From assembly GCA_030704615.1 (NCBI GenBank), contig CM060733.1, forward strand, positions 43,028,001 to 43,092,000: a stretch of 64,000 nt of DNA, in the 5' to 3' direction. A model generated the notes under the pieces. The model searched no databases. It saw only the letters and a program-made list of their open reading frames with translations, and was not told the origin of the DNA. This document shows positions 36,771 to 48,300 of the stretch, in pieces (within the stretch, counting starts at the first letter, position 1; each line of letters starts with the position of its first letter). The DNA comes from Takakia lepidozioides (taxonomy: Eukaryota > Plantae > Bryophyta). Position numbers and translations under genes: made by a program.

Positions 36771-39700
36771 TTAAGCCACTCCTGCGACCTGGTCCTGGAT
36801 GCCACACACCATGTTGGCAGGCACAGCCACATCTATCATCTTGGGATACGCAAGTTCCAAATCTGGCACATCCATAGCAACCCATGATCAGAGGAGAAGA
36901 ATATGGATTCCACTGGAGGTGTAGCATTCAGCCAAACAGCGAGTTCATCACTGTGCCCTAAATCTATGGCCCAAGCATGATGGGGACGGTTATGCAAAGG
37001 ACAATGAAGTGTAGCTGAATTAATAAATGTGACAGGAAGCCATGGCTAGTAGATGGTTGCTGAACTTACTGGCCATGATAGTCTTGAATGTCTCCTGCAA
37101 CAAACGCCCAAGAAAGTTAACTGGAGCCAAAGTGTACAAACCACTTATACAGTTTGCACTGACTACATGCCATTTGTGCCTAGACACACGGCCTACAACT
37201 AACAACCTGCAGTGAGCTAGCTGAACAAGCCTCATACGAAAAAGGGGTCGAAGCTTTGCACTAGCCTCATCTTTTGAAAGGCGGGGATTGTAGAGCAGCT
37301 CCTCTCCTACTGTTGTAACCTACCAAAACATATTAAAATCAGAACAAAGGTCAGTCTACTGCCAAAACTTTCAAAGATGCAAACCTCAACCACACCAACA
37401 ACAACAATTTTGCAAAACAACTTATGCTGACCATAAGCATCCGAGTCAAAACTAATGAAGGTTACTTGACTTCTAGGTACAATGGGACCCACACCACGCA
37501 TGTGGGACATTGACATTTTTCCAGCACTAGTTTTCACAACAGAACAAAATAGTAATCTAGCATGCATGTCGACCTTTAAATATTACACAACACCAAGGGG
37601 ATGTCCTCAAACCCGCCCATTGGTCCACACCCTTTTCTTAGAAATCATATAATCGAATTTAGATACTGTCATGATCGATTCAGCCGACCAAGCTCACAAA
37701 AAACGTGAAAAATATGCGCCACTTATCTTTGCTATCCGTCAGCATGGCTGGAACTCTGCCCAAATAGCTACTGTTACCACAGGTGATGAGGGAGGAGTAC
37801 ATAATTCCAGCTTCAATATTCTAAAGCAAAACTTTGATCTTCAACACAACTCTGTTGCAACCTTTCTCCCTTCTCTACAATTTACCGCAATCAGATCTCT
37901 TACATCAATCATCCTTAATAGACGCAAAATTTAAAGCGGAAAAGACGTAATATAGTTGGATCCGATTGATAGAGCCCACCCACAAAAGGGGCAGTAACCG
38001 CAAGGGGAAGAGGCTCTTGTGCTAGCTTCGGCCAGTGTCATCTCTCATCTCTCTCTGTGCATGGGGATCCTGAGCAGGAGTAGCGGGGTAGATAGTGTTA
38101 GTTAGAGAAGAAGACAGGACATAGGACAAAGACAAAAGGATGTCCAGACATAAGGCAGTGTGTGATGCTTGGACGAACTTACAACAAGCTTCCAAGAAGC
38201 ACCAGTGCCTGGATAAGGTGGAATAACTTGTTAGGGGCACTCACAGTTTGTCCTTTGTAGTCATGTGCTGGGTACAGTAATGTGTCCTTTGGAAGCGTGA
38301 AGATCTGTTTCAGTCTTACACAATCAGCTTTTACCAACGAGTCTACGCCTTGATCTTAGACATGTCAGGAATTGCTCATACTTTCTTCACTCGGCAAGAA
38401 AAGGGCTTGAACACAACATACTGGCACTATCTCCACATTTTCGTGTATTGTAGAAGTATGGATACAAAGATAACACAGAAGAAAGAATAGAAAACATACC
38501 ACAAACCATAGCAGCACATATGATATAACTCAAGAAGCCTAGTTCAGACTTGACATAACATTCAATGTGCTTCATATGTTCTGCTGGTACACTTTAAAAT
38601 GCTTCACGCCCTTCATCAGAGCTTTGACAAGGAGAAATTTCCCCATTGCTGTCTCATGATACTTTCTAACAAGACACTTCAAATTCTATGGCAAAGAGGC
38701 GAATGTACTCATAAGACGCTGTTTGCCGTAGCCATGCGCCATCTATGGCAAAGAGGGAACAAGGAAGAGCCAAAAAAATTGAACAGAAATACCGACAAAG
38801 ACGACAACATGCAGATAATGCAAGGGGCCATACATACCTGTGAGTGAACAGACTTGTAAAGCTCCCCTGCATCTCCTCCCTGATACACCATCAATGCATG
38901 AATGGACAAGACTTACACTTCCTTGCAGAGGGCACTTCCTGCCTCATTCCCTGCCTGGGGACTTGTGCAAGCTGTCCCTTGCTTTGCCTATACGACTAAT
39001 TCCCACACTTCTAAGGAAATCTCCAGCTACGTCATTGAGGACAACCTGGGCCAGCCAAAATCCAAAAACTGCTAGCCACAACTACCTTCAACACTGGTCA
39101 GTGGCCAGTATAATCTAGTACTATGTGTTAAGCTGTTTTTACAAGGGCACACGAATGGAAATTAACCTTGCCAGATACAGCAAAAGGTTACAGGCAGGTT
39201 CAAACTCATGCGTTGTCCCCCTACATCAGCAAAATAGAGGGCTTGCACAGACATGAGATCACAGCGGCATCTGGAATCTTACTTGAAAATCAGTGCGCCC
39301 ACAACCACGTATCAGAAGCGCATCTCCTGTAAATGCTCTTTGAGGGTGTGGTTGACTGTGGCCTTCAACAGTCACATATGTCACACAACCTTTTGTGTGC
39401 CCTGGGGTTGCTCTCACCTGTGCCCGTCCCATCGCCTCTCAGTGAAAAGGAGGGGAAACAGGGTCAATGTGTGGGTGGAGAGTGAGGCTTGATGAACTCT
39501 TCGCTTTATGAAGGTAGATATGAAGTGCTTCTTGATTACTCTGCCCAGGAGACAGATTGTACTCATAAGACGTTGTTTGCCGTAGCCTTGTGGCCATTGA
39601 CCCCGCGCCCAGTTTGAGCGGGAACAAAAGGGACAGAACCTACCTCTGTCAGGGGCTGACGTTGGTAGTAAGACTTACCTCCATATAAAGAATTAATCCG

Positions 39701-42700
39701 GGTTTTCCAGATATCCTCTAGAAATCCCTTCACACAAGCATCAATCTGCTGTGTGTGATTTGCCCAAGAACTAGGCCTCAGGAGGGCCTGGGCCTGGGCC
39801 AGGAGACAGAGAGAGAGAGAATGAACTCATTAAAAGTTGTTTGCCATAGCCTTGTGGAGATAGACCCTGTGCCCAGTTTGGGAGGAACAAGAGGGAACAT
39901 TACACTACCTTTGTGGGTGGCTCACTCCAGTCGTGGGACTTACCTCAGTATAAAGAATTCGTTTGGGCTTTCCAGATTTCGTCTAGAAAGCCCTTCGGAC
40001 AACCTTCAATCTCCTGTGTGTGAGCTGCCCAGTGAGTAGGCCCCAACAGGACCAGAGCTTTAAGCTCGGCCAGAGACAGAAAGAGAGAATGTACTCATAA
40101 GACATTGCTTGCAGTAGCCTCGAGGCCATAGACCCTGCACCCAGTTTGGGCAGAACAAAGGGACCAGAAACTACATGGCCATTGAACTCGTGCTCAGTTT
40201 GAGCGGAAAACCAGAGAGAGAGACAGACAGACAGATTCTTTGCTAAAACCATAGCAGCTTTTAACTTCAAGAGACTCGACCCTGAAGTTCTTTAAAGGTG
40301 TTTTCCAAGACATTGCATTCAGATTATTTGCGGCACTTCCATCTCCTCCAACTCACCAAATGATGTCATCCAGATTAGCGTTCTCTCTCTCTCCATCCAG
40401 TGTAAGATATATAGGGGACTCCCGACCCCTGACACATGCGGTTCAATAAGGACTTCTCTGATCGAGTCTTTAGCCCATGGGAACAAACTGCATTTATAAA
40501 AATTGTTTCCCAAAGTCAAGCTGTAGAGAACTACTAACCTCCAAGAACAAGTTTCCAAATTGGATTTTGTCGCCTGCATCCACGCGCACATCTGCTGTGG
40601 CACCACTAGCCTTTGAGATCAATGACTTTACACCAGGCAACTTTGTCTGCACCGGCATTCAAATGTGTGCCTCAATATCTCTTCGTCCACTCATCAACAA
40701 CCCACTACCCCACCCACCTTTCACTCTCATACATGTGCCACCTTCCTCACGGAAGTGATTGGAAATAAATATTTGGTTCTCTGGGTCCAGGTACATCAAG
40801 TTTGGAAGGAACTTCCAGCACAGCGACCGCCTCAACACATGTATCTGAGCCATTTCCAGTGCAATATTTTCCAAGGACAAGATATCTCTTATGTGAAGTG
40901 TAGAAAAATATCACTAGCCACCTCGATCTTGCAGATTACATGTCGTTCTACCTACCTGGCTAATGCATGTGTTACGTATCTTATGTACTAGAAAATGCTG
41001 CCAGTTACCTATCAGATCTGCCTCCGCCCGGTTAATGTTGCGTATACTCATTACCTAGCACAATCACTCACGATCTCCACTTACTCATTGCTTAGCACTA
41101 CTCTTAACTTTGCTGTTCGTATACCATTACGCTCCTCCCTGAAATCATTCTTCGGTGTTGAGGGTCTGCATATAGTCTCTCTCCCAATAGTTGGTTGTAT
41201 CTCATTCCATGCATGGAACATGAGGCTTGCTAGTTTTGTGCCCTTGATCTGAGTAAATCAGTGCTTTCAATAAGTGGGTGGAGATCGTGAGCAACTGTGC
41301 TAGGTAATGAGTAGTCAAAGCGGAGGTAGAATGACATGTAATCTGCAGATCGAGGTGGCTAGTAATATTTCTACACGAAGCCACCTACATTGGACCTCTT
41401 ACCAATGAACATTTCTCTCCAAGAACTTGAACAAAACAAATTACTTTGTTACTTGAAGTGGGGCCCATAAGACATATGTCTCTCAATCTTAAAGCTTTTA
41501 AGTTGTCTGCATATAGTATAGTTGTTTTCCAGCATTGAATGTTCCTATTCATGCAATCAAATTCATTTCAGCATTATTCAGAGTGCAAAGTTTCCTAATA
41601 TGAAACCAAAGCACTAGGTAATGACCAGCGTTGTGTGGGTATATAAACATACCCTCCGGGTCCGGATAAGAAGGAAATTCTACAGCACCTCGTAGATCCT
41701 CTGGGGCCTTCTATGGTCTTTCTTTTGGATACCCAATCTCTCACAGAGGTCTGGTCTTACCCTCCAGATCCAGGTACACTATATTTTCAAAATTATATTT
41801 CACCTCCGGGTAAGCGTATATTGCTGTTGGTGAATATTGAAGGGTATAAATAAATAGTAAACAAAGTCATTTATACCCTGAGGGTATAATAAATACCGGG
41901 TATGGTTAAACGGATATATTTTTATTTCTTATTCATTTGTATACTAAGATATACTCCACGATGCTTGCAATATTGACAAAATAATCGAGGGATAACCTAG
42001 CTACACAGCACAACTTTGCAAGGCCCAAAAAAGTGATATTTGTTGTGGAACAGCTGCCGATCTGCAAGTGCCGCAAGCGATGGGCCTTGGCCAAGCTTGA
42101 ATAGGCTTGGCAGGTGGTGCAGAGTGGTGGGGCCCATCAATTACCACCCGCAGCTGAGGTGGCCCAATGGGTTACCTAGGTTGGAGCAAGGTAATGATTA
42201 CCCGTCAGGGATATACCCTTTGAGCTAACACTTAACATACCTCGGGGGCAGGGTATATCCACACCCTAACAATCCGGTTATATATAGGGTAAGGGTAATT
42301 ATCTACTAATCACCCTCCGGTTATATTCTAATGGCGGGTAAGCAAAAATGCCCAGTCCGGTTATAGTTAAATGCTTATACCCTTATATACCCTGCGGGTA
42401 TGTCCGGGTATAGGATATACCCCCACAACACTGGTAATGACCATCATTGCTGGCCAGAAAGGAGAGAGGAGAGATCACATCTAAGAGCCTGTACTCATAC
42501 TTCTGTTTTATTGACGTACCTTGAGAATGCCCGTACCAGTTACATGATCAGCATGAACATGTGTGTTTAGGGCATAGACCAGCTTGAGTCCCAGCTCTTT
42601 CACAAGATTTATATCTCTATCCACTGTTCTGTCCACTGGATCCACTAGCTGCACATTCCATCCAACTGTCAGAATTGTTACCAGGGCTTTTCAACTAAAT

Positions 42701-43487
42701 AGCTCTACTAGAAGGCACATCTGGAAAGCCGTGGGAAACCCTGCCCTATACAGATCCCGGATAATCCAACAGTTCAGCCACTGACCAACTGAGCTGCCAA
42801 GGCATATGAGGGAATGGCTTAGTACACAATGCCAAAGGAAACCAAAGCAGATATTCAAGTTGGTAAGCCAAGCTGGTTTTGATACACTGTCATAGAAATT
42901 CGCAACAATCATTGCCCAACGTGCCTCAATTCTGCAGTGGGAAATCTGCTCCGGTCACTGGCTTCTGCATCCTCATTGATGAGAATAAAGCACCAGAGGA
43001 ACTTGAACCCTAGGCTCGCAGAACTCTGCGAAACCAGTAGGCTTCGCAGAACCATATCTGATACACTTGACAGTTGTGTCGACCTTGCAACAATAATAGC
43101 AATCTTTCTGTACTCGAATGAATCATCCTTCCACAACACATGCTCAGGTTTCAATGATTTGGACAAACCGTCATGTAAAACTATTACTCCCAATTCTATA
43201 TCAACAGCATCGTGTGCTTACTTTTTCTATATCTGTGAAACACTGAGAAGCGAGAAGACTCTCACCACAGCTGGTCGTTCAGGATGTGCAATGTCAGCGA
43301 GCAAATAAGTGTAAGTGGACGATTCTTTCTCAAAGAGCTGCCTAAACAGCAAGTTTGCACCCATTGTTGCAGAGTCACCTGGCATGGCTTTCGAAACCCT
43401 TCTGGCCAAGATGGATGCAGGTGGCAGAGAACAATGAAACTTGGGAGTTCCTGGGTACACAGCTCTGACAAGTCCCTGCGCTTGCAT
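36771..43487 (-). CDS. ETHE1: Persulfide dioxygenase ETHE1 (GLX2-3), mitochondrial
   Basis: Exons 43487-43266, 42648-42520, 40646-40539, 39417-39283, 38879-38838, 38304-38245, 37319-37266, 37094-37070 and 36862-36771. Motifs: [70 protein letters not shown]-terminus looks like a transit peptide. Confidence 0.96.
37565..37935 (+). mobile_element. RLE-type (restriction-like endonuclease) non-LTR retrotransposon remnant in ETHE1 intron
   Basis: 'IIEFRYCHD' (frameshift) then '[28 protein letters not shown]', resembling the E..KxxKY RLE C-terminus. Confidence 0.6.
38700..38741 (-). mobile_element. 5'-truncated poly(A)-less retroposon (GTACTCATAAGACG family)
   Basis: 42-bp insert between 15-bp TSDs tctatggcaaagagg (38685-38699, 38742-38756). 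Confidence 0.8.
39549..40235 (-). repeat. Head-to-tail tandem array (~270-bp unit, ~2.5 copies) of the same retroposon family
   Basis: Units begin (on +) at ~39549, ~39812 and ~40080 with GA-rich stretches followed by (A/T)TG(T/A)ACTCAT. The two full units share GACTTACCTC..TATAAAGAATT and TTTCCAGA..TCTAGAAA. Confidence 0.8.
40898..41376. mobile_element. Foldback/MITE with long inverted arms in ETHE1 intron 2
   Basis: 40898-40953 and 41045-41085 are reverse-complementary to 41272-41376. Possible 3-bp TSD GAA. Confidence 0.75.
41626..42433. mobile_element. hAT MITE family B (808 bp)
   Basis: TIRs CAGCGTTGTGTGGGTATAT / ATATACCCCCACAACACTG. Perfect 8-bp TSD gtaatgac (41618-41625, 42434-42441). 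Confidence 0.9.
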
Positions 43488-45392
43488 AGGGAATACAATA
43501 CACACTACGTAGTCAAAAGCCGTCGACACCGTTAGGTGAACACTGCCCTCCTTCCTGCACCCTTTCACCACCCGGCGATCAACTCATCACGCGAAAAAAA
43601 CACAACTTCACCAGATCCGCCGGTCAGACAAAATATCTACAAAAGTGGAGAGTGAAGCCACGTACACTTGTAATGCCGTGTCTCTGCCCCCTCGGCCCCA
43701 CTATAGACTTTCTTGCTCTCAATGTGCATTCATTCAACAGCCAGGGATGCCATACCTCACACAAGGACAAGAGAGTGGCAGCGCCGCTCCAAAATTCCTC
43801 CAAAACAAGCCTGCTTTGCAGCATTCAATCCTGCAAGCACGCCAAGCAAAGCTCCATCCTCCTCGCCGATCTCCTCCGCTCCCCTCACCATCTCCGTCCC
43901 AACCCCGCACTTGCGACCTCCGGGTCACCCCAGCCCACCCGTGTCCCTGTCCCGATGTCCCCGATGTCCCCGTCCTCGTGTCCACATCGCATCATGTCCA
44001 TGTTCTGTGGGCAAATTATTGGGGCGAAACTCTGTCTGTGGAAATAACTAAGACACCTGTCATAAGGTAGGTGGCTGGCACAAACATTATTGGAATAGAA
44101 CTTACCTAGGCTATCAATATTTCAAATAATTAAAAAATGAGAATATACTAGGAATAATATAAGAACTTAATTCACACATGCGATATCTGACAGGATGGTT
44201 GGCTGGTTTCCGGAATGCCAAATCTTCCCCACCCCGTCTCCGGAGTGACATGCAACTGAAGGGAGTGTAACTCCAGTCAGGGTGACATGGCTTACTAGGC
44301 TCGAGCATAATAGAATTAAAAAGGAATCACAGCTACGGAAAAAGACAATTATTTCCTGTAGAGCGTGAAACATTCCTCGAAGGAGTGTCTATGTAACTAC
44401 CTTCTGGCCTACATGAACACTGCCTACGTACCTACCTGTCTGCCTAAGGGGCACAGCGAGAGAGATGGAGGGGGCTTGGCGGTCTCACAATGAGAGATGG
44501 AGGCGATGGAGTGCGAGTGATGGCGGACGGGCTGCTCGGCTATGGACCTTGCTTACATTCGCATTGCTAGTCTTTGTAGGGTCTGCGGGAGAAAATCCGT
44601 GCACATGCTTGGCAAGTGGCAGCAGGCGAAGCTTTAGCTGCAGCGTTGTGACGGCGGTGTACAAGTTTCAAGCTTGGGATTCTGCTGTATATGGAAGTGT
44701 GATTTTTCTTCCTGACGATCGCACGAGGTATGCATGTAGACTTCTAGAGCTTGTAATGCGGGTTGTATATTTGTGGGCGTTTCTTGGGCTCGGACCGATG
44801 ATCTCCATTGCATGTTGTAACGCAAGGAACATTGGCTTCGGCGAATTCGAAACTTGCAGATCGTAACTATCAATCATGGCTCATTACAGCTGATGGTCCG
44901 TCTGCAGATATCCTTCAGTAGATATCTCTCAGTTGCACGGCGAATAATACTTTCTGGACAGCGAGACACTTCCCTTTCTAGAGCAGTTTGGATCGCCGCA
45001 TTTTGTACTAAATAGCTGTCGTGTCATGTCTTATTAGGTTCTCCTGTCCTTTCAATGTTTTCACTTTCAAGCCCCCTGAGCCTTTACAGTTCGGGAGGGA
45101 AGAGCAACATCAGAAGTCAACCATATTTATACATACCGCAGGCTGCATTGCTTTCCGCGAAATGGAATTCTCCTCGTTTTGTCTGTCTACTTCCTTCTGC
45201 CTCTCTTTCTAGCCTTGGGGCAGTGAGTGCATCTGGAGGATTGGCAGAGCTAGAATAGCGTCTGGAAGAGTAAAGCTTGTCTAATTGACGAAGTCAAGTG
45301 ATCCCTGCACTAAGTGAAGAATTTGGCGTCGCATATATATGACGGTTTCGTTCGTTGTTTTCGTTCAGGGGCTTTCAAATTAGTACACAGAC

Positions 45393-48300
45393 ATGGCGTT
45401 GCCAAAGCATATGCGGCAGGAGAAGCGGATACCATCTTTTTACCTCATGGTGGCTGGTGCTGTTTGTGTTGCCTTCTTTTTTATCGCTATCTGGGTGTAC
45501 AGTGCTCCCTCGGAGGTGCCAGAGCAGACTGGAAGCTCCAATGCAAATGACAAGAACTCAGGCGAGTCCACAGATTCCAAAGCTCAGGTGTTCGAAGATA
45601 CTCCTGGTGACTTTTCAGAGAGTACTGAAGACAGAGTGACAGATGATTCTTCAAAATCAACAGATTCTCAGCAAAATAGGGATGAAGGGAGTGGAGAGAG
45701 TGAGGAGAAGGCACGCCTCGAGCAAGTACAGAAGCAGGACAAGCAGATTGAGCAAGGACTAGAGTCTGAGAGTACAAAACAAGATTTAGCTGAGCAAGAC
45801 AAGCAGATTGAGCAGGGACTAGAGTCTGAGAGTACGAAAGAAGATTCAGTCGAGAAAGATTCTGCTGCTGACACAGAGCAGGGCTCCAAGACAGGCCAGA
45901 AAACTGATGAGGAAATTCCTGTGGGAGTCCAGCAGTCAGAGTTATCAACAGAAAACAAGGATGTGGGAGCTGGATGGGACACCCAGTCTAAGGAGTCAAA
46001 GGAGGAGTCTCAAATCAATCAGGAAGTTTCGCAAGGTGAGTCCAATCCTTCAACCGAACCTTTGACTGACAACACTCCAAAGGAGGCAGATCAGGCAGCG
46101 CAATCAGAGGGGGATAAGGCAGGGCCTTCACAGGAAGATGAAAAAATTGAGCAAGCGCAAGAGGCTTCAAAGACCCCTATTGTACAAGAGGTAGTTGACA
46201 GTGAAGCAAGCACAGATGCGGCTGAAAAGTACAACTGGAGGATTTGCTCATGGGGAGGTGCTCAGGATTACATTCCATGCCTGGACAATAAGAAATTTCT
46301 GGACCACTATAGACCCCGTAAGCACTATGAGCACAGGGAGCGGCATTGTCCCTCTGAGGAGGATCTACCAAAATGCTTGGTTCCTCTTCCTAAAGGATAC
46401 AAGGCATCAATCAGGTGGCCTCAGAGCAGAAATGAAGTGAGCTCTTCTTCTTCACCTCTATCCTGAAGGGTCAGTAGTGGGCTCTGATAAGTACTGGGAT
46501 TGATAATACTCTGATAATCAGAGAAGAGGCATGGGGCTTTATTGAATGAGAGTCTCGAGTCTTTGGAAAACACTGACTTGTTGAATCTCTCCGATGATCT
46601 GTGTACACACACTGAGTCTATTTTGCAATAGTTGGGAAGGCAGTACATTAATGCCTTAATTGGTCACATGGTTGGGTGCAGGTGTGGTATGCTAATGTGC
46701 CTCATCCAGGTCTGGTGTCGTACAAGAAAGATCAAAACTGGGTGAAGAAAACTGGGGAGAAGCTTGTATTCCCTGGCGGTGGGACTCAATTCAAGAATGG
46801 AGCGGGCCATTATATTGATTTTGTGGAGAAGGTGAGACCTCTTAGCACTGTGGCATTGTTTACTTTCCGTTTTGTGTTTTTTTTAAATCTTATCTGAGAC
46901 AGACTATATTAACCCAAGTTCCATTTGTCGCCGCCATGGCTGATTTACTCTGGTATTTGTGCTGTTTTCTGGCCTTTCTGTCTTTGTGACACTCTCATGC
47001 GATGATTTAAAGAATCAGCAGCAACATGTAGGGACTTTTGCTGAAAGGTGATTTCATTTATTAACAGGCACTTCTCTTTCTCCTACCAGATTGTGCCAGA
47101 TATAGCCTGGGGAAAGCACACACGTGTATTACTGGATGTTGGCTGTGGAGTGGCCAGCTTTGGAGGTTATTTGTTTGAGAAGGACGTCCTGGCAATGTCA
47201 TTTGCACCCAAGGACGAGCATGAAGCCCAAGTGCAGTTGGCATTGGAGAGAGGCATCCCTGCTTTCTCATCAGTCATGGGCACACAGCGCCTGGTGTTCC
47301 CCAGCAATGTGTTTGATGTGGTGCATTGTGCCCGCTGCCGTGTGCCTTGGCATGTGGATGGTATCACTCCTTCCCAGAAGCTTTTCTGTACTTTCAGCCT
47401 TGAAATCCAGCAACATTCTTAAAAAACTGTACCCACTCAGAAAATGGTGAAAGGCATCATTTATGTAACATGTCCTTTAGAGAACTTCCTGCCTTCATGA
47501 ACTTATCATATGTTGTTTGAAATCTTTGCTAGTTTCAGACTTTGGGTTCATGTATGAAGCTCATCTTCATGGCAGTCCAATTGACACCTAACCTGTGTGC
47601 TGCTTCGATTTTCTTCAGATTGCTCACATGTTTTCCAGAGAGAGAGCTGTCTCCGTTAGGCTTAGTATACCCTTGGGTTGATTTTCTATGAAGAGGGAGA
47701 GAGATAGACTGTCAGACACCATACATGTGGTTGTGTAAGTGCCATGTGCCTGTGTAAATTTCTGGGCTGCCTCTTTCAATATTGACATTTTGTTGAATTT
47801 ATGTTGTTGATAGGTGGCATGCTGCTTCTAGAGCTGAACCGGGTACTACGGCCAGGAGGCTATTTTGTGTGGTCAGCTACACCTGTGTATCAAGACAACG
47901 AGGAGGACCAACAAATATGGAAAGGTTATATGTTTGACACCCTTTCGTAGATGAGGTGTAGTCAGTGAACCGCCGGTATTTATGAAGAGTTGCGGGACTT
48001 CTGCAGTAAGTAAATAGACTAGTTGGCTTCTTTATCTTCTTTTCCGACCCTGGATTCCTCCATAGTGGCAAATTGTATGTGACATTCTGGAGCCAATTCT
48101 TGCTGCTGGTACATTACTTGATGAAGTCTTCTTCTATAGTTTTCCATTGGCTCGTTGGATATCATATTAACTAGAAGCCCATTAGTGGCCAGTGTATTGC
48201 TCTTCACCAAAGAGAAACAAGAAATAGATGCTAAGCCCTCATCTTTGTATCAGTTTTGCTTATCCAGAGAAAGAGAGAGAAAGAAAGAAGCTTTATACCA

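Noticed and set aside
39555-39570. CTTATGAG (minus strand) as a hammerhead ribozyme core
   Set aside because: No copy has CTGATGA, and no stem II-GAAA follows.
39672-39681. GACTTACCT resembling the U1 snRNA 5' end
   Set aside because: No downstream U1 sequence or Sm site; it is part of the repeat unit.
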